Positions 1 to 13,492 of a DNA stretch of 47,934 nt are shown piece after piece (the stretch's first letter is position 1; each line of letters starts with the position of its first letter). The stretch is from Catajapyx aquilonaris. Lineage: Eukaryota. The position numbers and the translations under genes are program-made. The notes below the pieces were generated by a model, which saw nothing but the letters and a program-made list of their open reading frames with translations, searched no databases and had not been told where the DNA came from. The stretch covers positions 1-47,934 of the forward strand of contig JYFJ02002988.1 in assembly GCA_000934665.2 (NCBI GenBank), given 5' to 3'.

Positions 1-1647
1 TCATAATTTATAGCGTTCATTTGTATATTCTATATTGTTGTAAGCCTTTTCCCAATGGCCACTGTGCCATCGGTGCAATGAATAAATAAGTAAATAAATG
101 CATAAATAAGTTAAATACATAAATATCATTTATTGGGGTAGTTGAGGGAAGAAAAATAAAATCATTCACAATTATTGAGAGTTGTTCATTCGATGTGCAT
201 GCAGTATCTTGGGTTGCCAATTTTTTTTATTTTACTCTTCATTATTAAATAAATAATATTATGCTATCCCGCAAACTCATTAAGTTAATTGTAATAACCA
301 CCCTCCCATCCTCAAGTGTGCATCCTTCCTGCTTATATGCTGAATGAGTGCATATTGCGTGGGAGGTATATTGTCAATAATATTGGTCTACCTCTCAAAC
401 TAAACACGCATTTCCTTGCTTAATTAACATAGTATTCGTCGCTGCTAGTACGGTCATAGAGCAAAACCACAGTGCTCTCCAGTGGCAGTGCAGTGGTTCA
501 GCGTTTCTTTCTAGTTTATAAGGCAATAATTGCAGGACGGTCGAGGACGGTGAATTGGGTTGTTATAGTTTCGGAGTAGTCGTTTTTTCGGGTGTGAGTT
601 ATTCCAGGCATATCAATAAATAGCTTTGTTCTGGTTCTTCATAGAGTCACTAGATTCGACAGAGCTGGAGGATAATTATACCGGCTTGATAACTAATCAT
701 TCTAAAGATATATCCACATCTCCATTATACGTGTCTGTGAGTCAATGTAGAGACAATAAAATAGTGATCATTCATTCCAATAAAATAATATTGCAGAACT
801 ACCTTGTATTGCATTTGAAGTTGGGAAGAACTATTTTTGATCTTTGCCCCTGATGACTTGATGAATGATCAAGAGATTTGGGTTCTGGTGGTTGTAATGC
901 CTTCCCGATGTTTCACGCAATAACTGGGTGCGAGATTGTCTCTTTTTATGGGGGAAGAGGCAGAAGGACTGCAAGAAACACCTGGAAGGCTTTGCAGAGA
1001 ACTCATACCATGTGGCTGCAAGGAAGGATGCACACATGAGGACTTACAATTAACTTAATGAGTTTGCGGGATAACATGATTATTTATTTAGTAATGAAGA
1101 GTAAAATAAAAAAATTGGCAACCCAAGATACTGCATGCACATCGAATGAACAACTCTCAATAATTGTGAATGATTTTATTTTTCTTCCCTCAACTACCCC
1201 AATAAATGATATTTATGTATTTAACTTATTTATGCATTTATTTACTTATTTACTTATTTATTCATTGCACCGATGGCACAGTGGCCATTGGGAAAAGGCT
1301 TACAACAATATAGAATATACAAATGAATGCTTAAATTATGAATATGATGATTATTATTATAAACTAAATATTCTTTATTTTTTACTTCCAAAGTACGTTT
1401 AACTTCTAATAGTCATCGCATGGCCACAAGTAAATGATTGAACATGAATAACTACAAAAAATAAGACGTTTACATAACACCTAGTTGCGATTTTGAAAAA
1501 TGGCTGCCAATTTAATTACAGGAAAAATCTGAGATAGACGCCCTTCCAAAAACGTCCATTAGGGTGTTGTCTACAGGTGTGCAAAATTTCATGCTTATAT
1601 CATTAAAGGTGCAATACTTCTAATTATTTCACCGATCTGCCGTACTA
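1..1647 (+). mobile_element. Internally deleted long-TIR DNA transposon, Academ(X)-like; left end lies outside the window
   Basis: 1-332 is a near-perfect reverse complement of 1018-1341 (the two ORFs containing ATQDTACTSNEQ... are the same sequence on opposite strands). The spacer holds a decayed XPG/FEN1-like motif. Sequence ending ...AAATTTCATGCTT...TGCCGTACTA at 1647 resembles Academ 3' termini as I recall them; this right boundary is inferred. Confidence 0.6.
796..1000 (+). pseudogene. Decayed XPG/FEN1-like (H3TH) nuclease fragment of a transposon protein
   Basis: Translates as ELPCIAFEVGKNY* then, after stops and a frameshift, RDLGSGGCNAFPMFHAITGCEIVSFYGGRGRRTARNTWKAL (872-994). This matches the recalled ELWIAFGxGK...FHAxTGCDTVSxFxGRGKKTAWxTW motif of transposon-borne XPG-type domains. 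Confidence 0.65.
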
Positions 1648-4640
1648 CAGGCGCCATGCGCCACATCGCGCACTCGCTCACAAATACTGCTCTTCTGCGT
1701 ACAATTCTCAACCGACGTACTTCTAATAAATGCTACAATGTCCGGAATGAAGCTAAGTACAATGTTTACAGGAAGTATTTTCTGTTATACCTGAAGGGGG
1801 AGCTGCAAAACGTGACCAAAGCGAAATGTTCTCTGAAGTTTGGTAAGTTCCTTGACGTATTTGTCAGTCATGTGACCTCATACTTATTCTTGAGGAAGCG
1901 GTATGGTTCTGTAATTATCGCCTAGGCACTTCTTAACAACTTGGCAGCCAAAATCCGCAGTCAGAACGAGTACCGCGGGCTCCAGAAATTCATTTCTAGC
2001 CCCCTAGCAATGTTCAATTTCGGCCATCTTGATGACGTCATTTCGGGCACTTCCCAGGGTCCGACATCAAAAAAAAATATCATGTACGATGCAGTCACGA
2101 TATGCACTTTCCAAAACAAGGGTCATTTGCTTGTTATACCGCCGTGGTCACTGGACCTCTCAAAAGGTCGAGTGACCGCTCGCCTACAGGGGTGTGTTTG
2201 AAGAAGGTGGCGCAGCGACCTTGTTTTGCGAGACTTTTTTTATTGCGAATATGTTTGGTCACATTAGAAGTTCAGCAGGAAGAGTTTATAATCTTTGACT
2301 GGCTTCCTCTTTTATGAGCCTCCACTTCAGATTCCAGTTACTTGTTCGAAATGTAAATATCCATTTTATAGTGCACGACGATATTTCAAGCTTTAATGGG
2401 ATTGACTCATTATTGCAACGGTTTCGTTGCTTTATTATTTAGGCAAGTTCGGATCAAATAAACTTGTTTCTCGCCCATTTGCTTTGTTGTTTGCTTGGTC
2501 CCTTCTTGAAAGTTTGCCAATGTTAGCTTGCCATTCAGACCCAATGTCATTTTTGGCAGCTACATCGTACACAAAGGAGTCTATACGTAACGATTGGAAG
2601 ATTGTACGTGGTGCTCACGTAAAGGATCCCTATTAATGCCTGCCGATATCGCGCATAACCGATTTCACATGCACATGCACTTACATATATTGAACACCAT
2701 TACATAACGCACATGCTCTCCATGTGTATGGCACATCCCGTTTTGAATCTTTGCGCCCCCGTCAATTCTGGTTATCCGGCACAAAATCGACCATCCAACG
2801 CCTGGTGTTGACATGATCAGTCAGCGTCACCGGGTGCCACAACAGAGCTCCAACACAAGCCTCTGCGATATTGGCTCCAAAGCTTGATCTTGATGGATCC
2901 GTCTCGACACTTCATAAATTCCCCATTAGGATGCTAACCACGCTGTATTTGGAGTGGCAACTTGGGAGGGGTCGTCCGGATACAGCAGTTCAAAGTTCAA
3001 TTCCCTTTGAACCCCTTTGCCTGCTTTAGGCGCATCTGCATGGAGACGCCCGCCGTTGTAGAGAATCCAGGCGAAACAATGCCCGAGGGACGGATCCTGA
3101 TGTGACATTCTCGTGCTTGTGCTCATCAATCTGACTGCCAATAACACGGCTAGGGATTGGGACATTCATGTCAGGGAGGAAGAACATAATAACGCCATCT
3201 CACCGCCTCCAGCCAATCGGATGCTATTGTAATATGCGATTTTATCCACGTACGAGTTTTTGCTTACGTTGGCGGATCGCAATTTTGGGCATTATTAAGC
3301 CGAAATCCTTTGTGGAATGGGCCTGCGATGGCTCGGACATATTAACCGAGTGCAGTCGTAGTCTAACTGCAGAGGATTAATCTAATGGCAGAGGAACGTC
3401 ATCAACTGCGTTATTAGCAGAAAATCAAACAAAGGGCATTATGCGCTGTGTTTCATGGAAATTTGCATACAGTTTCACTTTCGGCGTGGAACCCGTTTAC
3501 TCTGTGCCAACCACATGGCTAGAGGGGGCAGCATTCTCAAGGACAAAAATTCTTTTCCCTATTTTGATGGCAAATGTTGCAGTATAATCCATCTCTAAGT
3601 ATGGCATGTTGTGGGAGCTAGTCTTTCAGAGCAGGAAGCAGGAGTACATATTTAAAAATATGTTGCAATTCAGTGGAAAGTTTTGTTTACCATAAAAATT
3701 ATGGGCTCTGCAGGTAAACAACTATTCTCTATTGTATTATCCAAATCACTTATAACTCGATAAGTTTCATCGAGAAGTGTAATTTTTAAAGATTTTAATA
3801 AATTATAACACGGTTGATTATTTTGCAGTCGGTAATTCCTGCACAATATGTGCGATATTTGAGACCAGGCCTTATGTCAACGCTTGGTTCTTGAACCCTG
3901 CTGCCCGACGTTTTTCTTCCTTGTGCAACCCGGCGTGGTCAGCTAAGCGCGAAATTATGACTGACGGGTCTGAATAAGTTGCGCGAGTAATCTTCTGAAT
4001 ATTTACACCCTCCCAGGTGATTGACACCATTATGCAAGGGCTCCTAATAAACCCGCTAACCATGCAGGAACCGACGCGACGGTCAAAACCTGTCGGTTTC
4101 TGGCATTTTGCACGAACATTAGGCCAGGTCGTCGCCCAGCCACATAATTGCATTGTGATCAATTAACCACCCAATTGAGTCCGCTAGTCTCCTTTAATGA
4201 AATATTAATTATTGCACGACTGTAAATCATTCAGTCCTCTTCCCAAATTCAGCCTTCTGCTTCTGACGCCCATGGAAACACTGAAGCATTGTGAAGGTCT
4301 ACATGAGGCGACGCAATTACTGAAACGTCAGTCTTTTTTTTTTGTGTGTGTCGGAGTGGTCCAAGTTGGAGAAACGTTGGCACAAAGTTGCGGCTTAGGT
4401 GGAGCTATCCATGCGTGGTTAGGGTTTGTTTTCTAAGCGGATTTCACTTAACGGCAACAATCCCGACCTTGATCGAGTCAATTTCGCTTCACGTGACTGG
4501 GAGGGATGACCGGTTTGATTTTCGCAAGCCAAAATAATACTGCGAGCTATACGATACTAGGGGAAACTGATATGGTACGGTGGGTGCATAGTTACAATGG
4601 GGGGAAAATAACCTGTGGTGCCTCCTTGACCTTGCCATAA

Positions 4641-4702
4641 ATGCGTCGTGGGATTAACTTACTGCCCTTCCCATTCGGCGCATGTTGTGGAATGTTTTGG
4701 AG
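4641..4702 (+). CDS. swi2: swi2-like LRR protein, putative coding exon 1 (MRRGINLLPFPFGACCGMFWR)
   Basis: ATG at 4641 directly after an in-frame TAA, second in-frame ATG at 4692, strong donor AG|GTAAGT at 4702/4703. Phase 2 matches the acceptor at 7205, and exon 2 has no in-frame Met before its hydrophobic segment. Confidence 0.65.
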
Positions 4703-7204
4703 GTAAGTTTTCCGCATGGGGACGCATATAGAATAGGAAGGTTATTTATTCTCACATTTTCATTATACTGTACTTGGGTGCACTAACTATACGACTTAAT
4801 GCTTTTGAACTTGATATCCTATTGCATATCTATATTTGGTATTGGACCGTGCGCAGTAGTGTGATGATCTGTCATATACAGTCACACGTCGAATATTATA
4901 AAGTTGTTCTTTGTAAGGGCATGGTTCGTTATTCATCATCATTATGTAATATGGAACCCAACCTTATGAAACATGCTTAATTCGTACTCACAGTGAGGTT
5001 CAACCGAGAGTGGAGGAGAATCGAAATAGTGGCAAAAATGTAAAACTATAAACTTGCAAGCAAATGCATAAACCTATCTGAACATAATCACATGTCCAGC
5101 CTATCATGACCTTAAATAATTTTGACCTGAGTACTTCAGTTGTGCTTATGTAAAAGGTCAAATTCTGAAGTTCTTTATGCCACAATATCATATGTTCAGG
5201 GAGCACCTTGCAATGCCGGTGTATACGATGTACGAGTTGACTAAAGTGAAAGTTATATACGTCCATTCGCAGTATTCTTTATGAACTTACTCATAGCAAT
5301 TATTAGAAATTTTTGCATTGATGAGGAATGTGAAATGACATGGTCAAGTCATATTTTTGGTAGCATAATTTGCGGACCCCTATAGGACTTTAAAATAATT
5401 CATTCCATGATAAGGGCTCATGTCGGCTCATGTGAACTTTAAACCCACATGTGCAGAAATATCTCTGATGTCCAATGACGGTAACTGACCAGATTTTGAA
5501 ACTGACAAGCGAGCAAGACTTCACTTTATATAAGCGCACTTATTTTAGATGATGTTAATTCTGTGTTAATTATACGCTGCTTGTACTAGAATTAATATAA
5601 TTTTTCTTTTGAAGAATGATTATTCTTCGCCTATAGAGCATGAGAGGTCAATAATCTCTCTTTAAAATACGGAAGTTGTTTATGAGTTTCTCTGGAGTAA
5701 TAAGTGAATGTCAAAGGCTACAAATCACGCCACAATATCGTTGACCCCGCTCTAGATTACTCAGAAAATCTAACTCATGTAAGGATCAAATTTTTACTTC
5801 CTGTAACACCCTAACAGGAGGTTATAAAATGTGACACTGGAGCAATCACTTATATAGGTTGAAACTCTAAAAAACCTATGCACAATGGCCTAAATAAATA
5901 TACAATTATAATTCAGCAAATACTTCAAGGTGCATTCAATGATGAACTTTACTAATTCAGTACTACAAAAAAGCAGTTTCAGCACTATAGTTACTGAGAC
6001 GGTACAAAGTACAGTCGGGGATGGTTAATAGTGTCTTGAGATATCCTGCGAGTGTGCTGGTATTGGAGTCGCCTAAGCGATAAGGGCGAAAGGGTTAGCA
6101 ACAAATCAGGGTTTAGTGAGATCTACAGACGTTTCCATCACCATTTCACGGAACATACTGAAGTTATTATCCTATAAAGGCGGAAGATACCCTCATGTAT
6201 AGTCATTCAAAACCGATAGAATAGTGCGTGTGGTGTTTCATTGAAGGCACATACAATACTGAAATTCTATAGAATTTCATTTTGCTGATTTAAAAACATG
6301 GCGCAATAAGCGGCTCTATAGTGAATAATTGTACATCATGTTTCATGGAAGTCATTCGAACATGAACATCATTCTATCTGTGACTGACTGCGAATAGGCT
6401 GATTAAGCCCGTATTTCATGACAACTACGATGTTAACACTTTATAATGAGACATGGCTATAATCTGGTCGCTGCCTATTGTGTGCAGTACCTCGTGTAAA
6501 GGGAAAGAATGATAAAAGTGTCACTAGAACAATGCGGGATTTCCCGCTCCAGTTTGCAAACATGAATCCCCGCATGAATTACGCAGGATTGGGATAAAAC
6601 TGCATTTGATGATAGAGAATTGACTTAATGCCTGCGGGACTCCACGCCTCATCTTGTAACCAATATTCAGTCATATGCACATTAATTAACTGCACACTGA
6701 GTACAACATGTAAATGATATTGGCTCGCGTGCATTGAATTTTTGCTTTATAGTTTGGAATTCCCTCGCGTTTCACATGTAGTTGGATATTACATTTTGCA
6801 CAATAAACCACCCTACGTATGACCAAAACACTCCTGGCGACTAGAGCTCTTAGAACTGCCTTTTTTGTTATACAATTTATTCCTAACATGCCCAGCAGTT
6901 CCGTCAGCTTTGTACCTATACACCTACAGTAGATGCCTATCTGGGAATCTGGCACATAATGTAGCTAGCCTTGAAATGCACTGCTGCACTTGGAATGGGC
7001 CCGTTTTCGAATAAACCAGCCGCTTCAAAGTCAAAAAGCATCGTCCTCTGTGAGCCTCAGGCCACGTTGTCACTATAGCGCCCGTTCAGAATTGCAAAAG
7101 AGCTCGCTTTTTTATACTTTTTTTTNGGGGGGGGGGAGACGGCTAAAAGGACCGAATGACATTTGTGTCAAGACACACGTACTGACGCGTTATCTATTCC
7201 CCAG

Positions 7205-7821
7205 AGCTGCGTGGCATGGAAGCGCTGCCCAACTTCAGAAAAAGGCCATCGTCCTCCTCCTGGTGGCGTCTCAACTGGTCCTGTGCAGCTCCGGAACGGT
7301 GATAGTCCACGCGGGATGTCCGACCATTGTTACCAGTACCCGATGCTTATGTCGTCAGCTGGAGGAAGGAGTGGGCTTAGAATGCAGCGAACTCAACAGT
7401 ACAGATCAGCTTCTTCAGAACTATGGTGAGTCGCACCATGGTGAAGACTATGAGTACGAGGTGAAGAGTCTGCGGACCGAGAACAGCCCATGGATTCGCT
7501 ACTACAACAGTGTCCACGAGATTAGCATTTACAACAGCAGGCTGGAGAACCTGCGTCTGATGGACTTCTCCAAGTTTCACAATCTGGTCAGCTTGTCCGT
7601 GACCAACTCCAGGGTGAAACACTTCAAGAAGGACTTCCCAAAGACGTTGTCCAAGCTACAGCATCTGAATCTCTCTCGCAACTCGTTGGACATGATCTTG
7701 CCAAAGACGGTGAAGAACTTGGTGGGTTTGAAGACTCTGGACCTCTCACACAATCGGTTTAGTCATCTGGATGTGCAAGTGGTGGAAAGGTTACCGAACC
7801 TCGTGCTACTCGACATATCAG
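7205..7821 (+). CDS. swi2: swi2-like LRR protein, exon 2 (signal peptide, LRRNT, first LRR block)
   Basis: Branch-point-like ACTGAC at 7181 and acceptor CCCCAG| at 7204. Encodes hydrophobic AIVLLLVASQLVLCSS, Cys cap CPTIVTSTRCLC, and LRRs LQHLNLSRNSL, LKTLDLSHNRF, LVLLDIS. Donor CAG|GTCAGT, phase 1. Confidence 0.92.
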
Positions 7822-8802
7822 GTCAGTTACTCATCGTCGTATTTGTAGTCCCTTTGTAGACTGTACAGTATTGTATACACACATGTTTGGCTCTCTCGGC
7901 GACGTGTGAATGCCGGGGGTGTTGACATTAATTTCATTGAGCAATATTACTACGTTCGCTTATAAATGCCAGTAGCTCCGTTCCTCCGTTGCCTGTACTT
8001 CCACTATAATTGTCAGCTAACTTCAAGGAATTCAATTATTCCACCTATTGCTGATGCGGAAGGTTCGCACAAAGGAACCAATTACGTCAGATGCCATTAA
8101 TATTTATAGGCCTATGTCCATCTTTTTATATTAAAATTTGAATTAATTATTCATTGTGCATTGAAACCCAATTAGATCCTAGTCATTATTCTGTTTGCTG
8201 AAGCGTCATCAAAGTGGTTGTACAGTGGGGAATCTGTGCATTACTCCTATACGCTAGAAGATGCTATCAGCCCGTGGTAGCATATCTTAGACATCCATTG
8301 CTGATAGTGTCAACGTTTCGAAAGTTGTGGACACAATACAGGTGTCCCAAATTACAGGATAATCATCTATATGAAAAGAGCAATGTTGTGCAAAGAACAT
8401 AGAGAAGTAAGATGTCGATAGTGATAAGAACCCTCACAACCTTCCCTTTCATCTTTCAAAGGTCGAAGACGTATAGTAATCACTATGGATTAAATCCATT
8501 GCAAAAGTCTTTTTCTACATATCAGTCTAATGAGAATCCACTAGCCCAATCCAGTTTGTTGCTGTTTTACTCAGTATGCTTCCTTTTAGCCTCCTATATG
8601 TTCGACGGGTTGCTATACTGTATGATAGACTCGTCAAGGGTAGATTATTTTACTTTCTTAAAGTCACTTTGTGGCTAGTGCAATATTCCAACAGAGATAA
8701 TAACGTTACAAGACACCTGATTTTATTAACGGAGCTCATTAGCTTCTCACAATTATGCTGAAATGAGGGATAAATTATGAGTAATAAATCAGATTCCGTT
8801 TG

Positions 8803-8807
<5 letters not shown>

Positions 8808-8834
<27 letters not shown>
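8808..8834. repeat. (GA)n microsatellite
   Basis: Direct inspection. Confidence 0.95.
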
Positions 8835-11800
8835 GTTGCATACATATTAGGATGAGGTTAAGCCCATGTTATTGAGCTGCACTGATTGTTACGCGGTTTT
8901 CTGCAATTATTCCGTATTACTAGATATAATTATACTTGTACAGTATATCATCAGTAAGCGCGTTATCTCATAACCACATGCAACGTGGAGCAACAATAAT
9001 AACAGGACTACCGTGACCTTTTTGTTGCGAACAGATCGAAAGCTGCACACGTAACCAACATGTTGCTTTTACTGTATACTGAAGTGTGCAGTAAGTGTTG
9101 CATGTTGATATTTGCAATTGTCCGTAATAAAATATGAACATTCGCATAAATACAGTGCCGTATATATAATTATATAGTATATATTCAACATTGCCGGCAT
9201 ATGCTGTTTGAACCAGACGCCTCAACTTATGCACAGTTAAGTATGTCAGCCAGAGCTTTGCAGCACGCTTCCATTTAACTACTTACATGTTTACTATAAC
9301 CCCGCAACGTGACATTTGTGCACATAATTTCGTGTCGTATTTCCAGGTATTAAATAGGTGGGCTTGATCCTGACGAGAACTTCAGAATTCAAAGGACTGT
9401 TCGTTTGACTCTTGACAAATCCCCTGGAGAATACCGCTGAAAATATCCATTACAATTTGCATTAATTGGAGTAATCCTATTTACACTGCTATTCCAGTCG
9501 TATAAGCCCTTGCGGCATCATTTCAACATTTTTCTTGGTGCGCATAATTATATCCAGATGAATTTGGGACGAGTTTCTTGTTTCTCAAACTACCCACTCG
9601 CTTCTGGCGATAGGGTACAGTCAAGCCATTACCAAGATGATGTGACAAAATCCATCCGATGGGAAATCAATTTCTGACATTCAATCGCTAGCGGGGCCCA
9701 GGGACCTGTCAGGTGTGGGACATGAGTAATGGCCTTTTCGACGGACACTATTGTTTCTATGGAGGATTTCCAGTAGATGCACTTTGGTGAAAAGTTCATT
9801 TTCTCACTCTCCTTGTCAAACTAAGCAACTCGTCTTTGTTGGTCGCAAATGTGGCATTTTGGTAGGACCAAAATCCATGGTAATTTAGCAAGAAAAAGTT
9901 TCGCCAAACATATCCTGACGCTATGCAACCATCAGCGCATGAAGCTGAATCGTTTCATTTCCCCAACTTTCACCTTGCTGTGTGCTGACGGTTGTACAGT
10001 GCCAGGATACCATTGTCCGAAACTTTTAACTAATATATCAGCGGTCGTCAATAAAGTACGTCATACTGGTAGGGGTGGATGTTCGGCCGAGCGTGACTTC
10101 AAGTTCAAAAAACCATAGTACCCAAATATTTAGCTGCGAGAACAGGACCATTTCTCTCGCGGAAATAACCGAATTTTTGGCATAGGAGTGGGTGGGTGGG
10201 GGGCGCAAAAACTCCGAACTTTTTGGATGATCCCGTACTGTTCCGGTTATCCCACAATCATTACTTTTCCTCATATATACGTAGTACGAAATATTCAAGC
10301 GCGATGACCCGACAGCCGACACTTTGTGTCAAATCTAGCCATATAACAGCTACGCTTCCAGAAATCGAAACACGAATGACAAGTTGCAAATTAACATCGG
10401 CAACCCGCATTTTTGACTGGTATTGCATTAATGTTAGTTGATGGCATGCATTTATGTACGTTGATTCCGCTTTGGCAACCCATTAAGCAATTCCCTGCAC
10501 CATCGATTCTAGGGCCGGTGTACAGTATATTCGTTTAGTTTCAGTGGTTGTGTATTATGCAGGGGAGGCAGATAGTAATTTGGCCGGAGCTGTGCATAAA
10601 CGAATACCGACGTGTCACCGACCACCGTCACCCACGTGATTCGTTTTTATGTCCCTGGGTTGTTGGAAGGCTGCCAGCAGCGGACCTATAAGGAATGCCA
10701 TCCAAGATTATAAATAGGTGCCTCGCATTTATTGTGGAAACAGTGGCATCCAGTGCTATATTGATCTTCGATTTTATGATTCTTCTATGGACCGCTGCAG
10801 AGAAACTCCCAGAGGTTCGTGTAGTGTTTCAAAAGTCGTGCCATAACCCTTTGGGAAATGGTACCGACTGATACTTGTAGACGGGAATATGCGCACCTGC
10901 GTGTCTTCTTCATTCTCCATAACTTCAGAAGGCTATCAAAGTTTCGACCAATTTTTCTCTCGACGTGCTTGAACTTAGGATCGAAATACGTGTACGTATA
11001 TCCTGCGACTTACATATACTTTCCAGCACACAAAAACCTAGGAAAAAAGTTTGGCCAAACGTATCCTGGCGCTATGCAACCATCAGCACTCTAGCAAGAA
11101 GGTTAAGTTTCCGCTCTATGACGACATGGCATGTTGACATAGTACATTCCAGATGTTAGCATTGACAATCTCATCCACCTTAGAGGCCTGTGTATTATCC
11201 GATGTTTCTAGAAGAATGAAATGTGTTCGTTAACTTATCCTTATCTTCGACCTACATCATGACAGTATCGGCAAGTTTATTTGCACTTCTCAATCCCCAA
11301 TTCCAAGTCGGTGAAGCGTCTCCAGAATCCTATCTTGAACAAGAAGTTTTGAGCAAGAGCCATGGCATCCGAGATGCAAGAATGTGCATAAAAAAGTTTG
11401 AAAGCGACTCCTGAGAACGTCACAATACGACATTTTGNTTTTGATTTGGGGGGGGGGGGAGGGGAAGGGTGGGAGATTCACGTGTTTACATATCGGACAG
11501 CTCCGGTCGGTGACCATGAAGGAAAGGTTTTTAGTAGATACCGGTCGTATTATCACGTGGTCGAACTGTGGCAGGATGAGGCGCCTTTTTTCTATTGTGC
11601 ACGAATGACGCCATTCTAATTCCGCACACGTACTAGGCGTTGTTTGCACCGCCCACATGCTACGGTATCTAGTCCTGAAACAGGTGTTGTTTTACGCTCC
11701 TCTGCTTCCGCCTATAAATTCGCACGAACGCATAAACTTTTTTACTCCTGCGAAGAACGGCGCCAATTTTAAAACATTGTGCAACTTTCATTGTTTGCGT

Positions 11801-13181
11801 TTACCTATGGCGCAATGTCCATGAACTGCAGGAGAGCATTCCTCCCCATTTCGCTGGTCAGTTCATTTGAAACTCAGGTGTCTAGTTACGATGCACTGCA
11901 ACTAGTACGTGAGTCTCATTTACGCGTGCTGGTGGTTCACTATTCGGTATTTCCCGGTTAGGAATATACTGATCACATTGATTTTGTCCAAATATAGATG
12001 AGCCTGCTGGCTGCTATGCTACGTCACGTTGGATTCTTGGGACACACGACCGCATAATGTGTTTTTGGGACACGATAACGACAGTTGGTATATATGAATG
12101 GTATATGTCTTCCCAAAGGAGGGTATAGATGATTTACTCTGTTTCCTTGCCAGTATTTCAAGTAGGATATGACTATGTCAAGTAATACATTTGAGGGCTA
12201 CATTAAATTAATTTTTTGTCTGCTACACCTTTTCCCTTCCATGGAATGAGCCTGCTAGCCAAATATTTAAATGCAAGGAAAAATATTTCAATTTACAATT
12301 AATTTTGCAGGAGGCCATCATTTTATTCTGATTATTCGTAGTATTTAGTAAATTCAACCTCAGCAGAACATATCGCTCTCTGTGAATTTTAATGTGCATG
12401 TTTTCATCCCGCTTTGCCATTCTGGCGTACATCCAGAGGGAGGATTTTTTCAAGATCAAAGTACACCCTCACATGTACTGTTTTAATTATCTCTTTTGTA
12501 AAACAGGAACTTCCGAAACTACTGTTTGATTATTTTCGTGGGTTATTGTGTATTTTTTCAAAGAACTCAGCTTATAGCCCACGTGATAAACGTTATTCTC
12601 GAATCCATCAGAATTTCCTTCTTTACCGATAACCTGCACCTGTCAAAATTACGTATATTCTCCAAAAACTAGTATCATACCACTTTGCAGTTGTAACATA
12701 ATGCAGATTTTTAAATAGCTATCATTATTATACAGGTATTTGAATTCATCAAACATGTCGGTAACGCCATTACTTTTTATATGATAATCTACTGTACTGT
12801 AGACCTATACTTAATTAAGAGAGATAGTGCTGGAGTAACTTGGGTTTCACAACTTGCTGTATTTTGTATGGCACAAATATTCCGTGAAAGAAGGAAAAAC
12901 TGAGCATGTCGACAAGTTGAATCGTCAACATGGTGTTGACAGTAGATCTTGCAGATAGTTGGCTAAAAATAAAGCACCGCAAAGCGATATTCGAGATGTG
13001 AGTGTAATTATTTCAGTTATCAACCTGCTACAAATAGGCCTAAGTCATCCTCTCAAGATTCATTTAAGGTGAAACAGTTGTAAGCAACTGCATACAGCAG
13101 AGACCTTCAGCCTCCTTGCAATATTAGGACTTAATTGATACAAGCCTATATAGGTGTGACAATGAAAATAAGCGAAGTGTA

Positions 13182-13492
13182 GGGGAAGGTGTGGTGGCCG
13201 AGATGGTAACGTCTCGGCTTGCTGTGCGAAAGGTCCCGGGTTCTAATGCTCGCCCGGGAGTTCCCTTTCGCCTGCGCCAGTGGATCTCTGGCCCGCGCCT
13301 AAGGAGGCGTCTTGGCAACAGGCCTCCTGGGGGACTGCACATGACCCTTTTCAGACATTGCACTTGCACCTGTGTCCCCTCCCACAACTCCCCCATCCTT
13401 ACCCTACATCCTTAATGTCCTTGCACGGTGACTGAAGAAAAAAAGAAAATCAATCCTGATGGTGGTAATCCACCCCCATAGAAGAAAAAAAG
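13182..13492 (+). mobile_element. tRNA-derived SINE (older copy, A-rich tail)
   Basis: Pol III A-box-like TGGCCGAGATGG and B-box-like GGTTCTAATGC. Head and core similar to the SINE at 47487. A-rich 3' end; no clean TSD found. Confidence 0.75.

Noticed and set aside
1058..1402. 114-aa ORF and its mirror at 17-220
   Set aside because: Both lie in the arms of the inverted repeat; AT-rich with no domain features.
1790..2060. Possible MITE downstream of the Academ-like element
   Set aside because: Terminal complementarity is too weak and there is no TSD.
6990..7204. N-terminal 72 aa of the 289-aa ORF
   Set aside because: Starts at TTG, crosses a poly-T/N/poly-G tract and lies upstream of a good branch point and acceptor; intronic read-through.
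9365..9410. CTGACGAG...TTCAAAG hammerhead-like string
   Set aside because: No GAAA core and no stems I/III.
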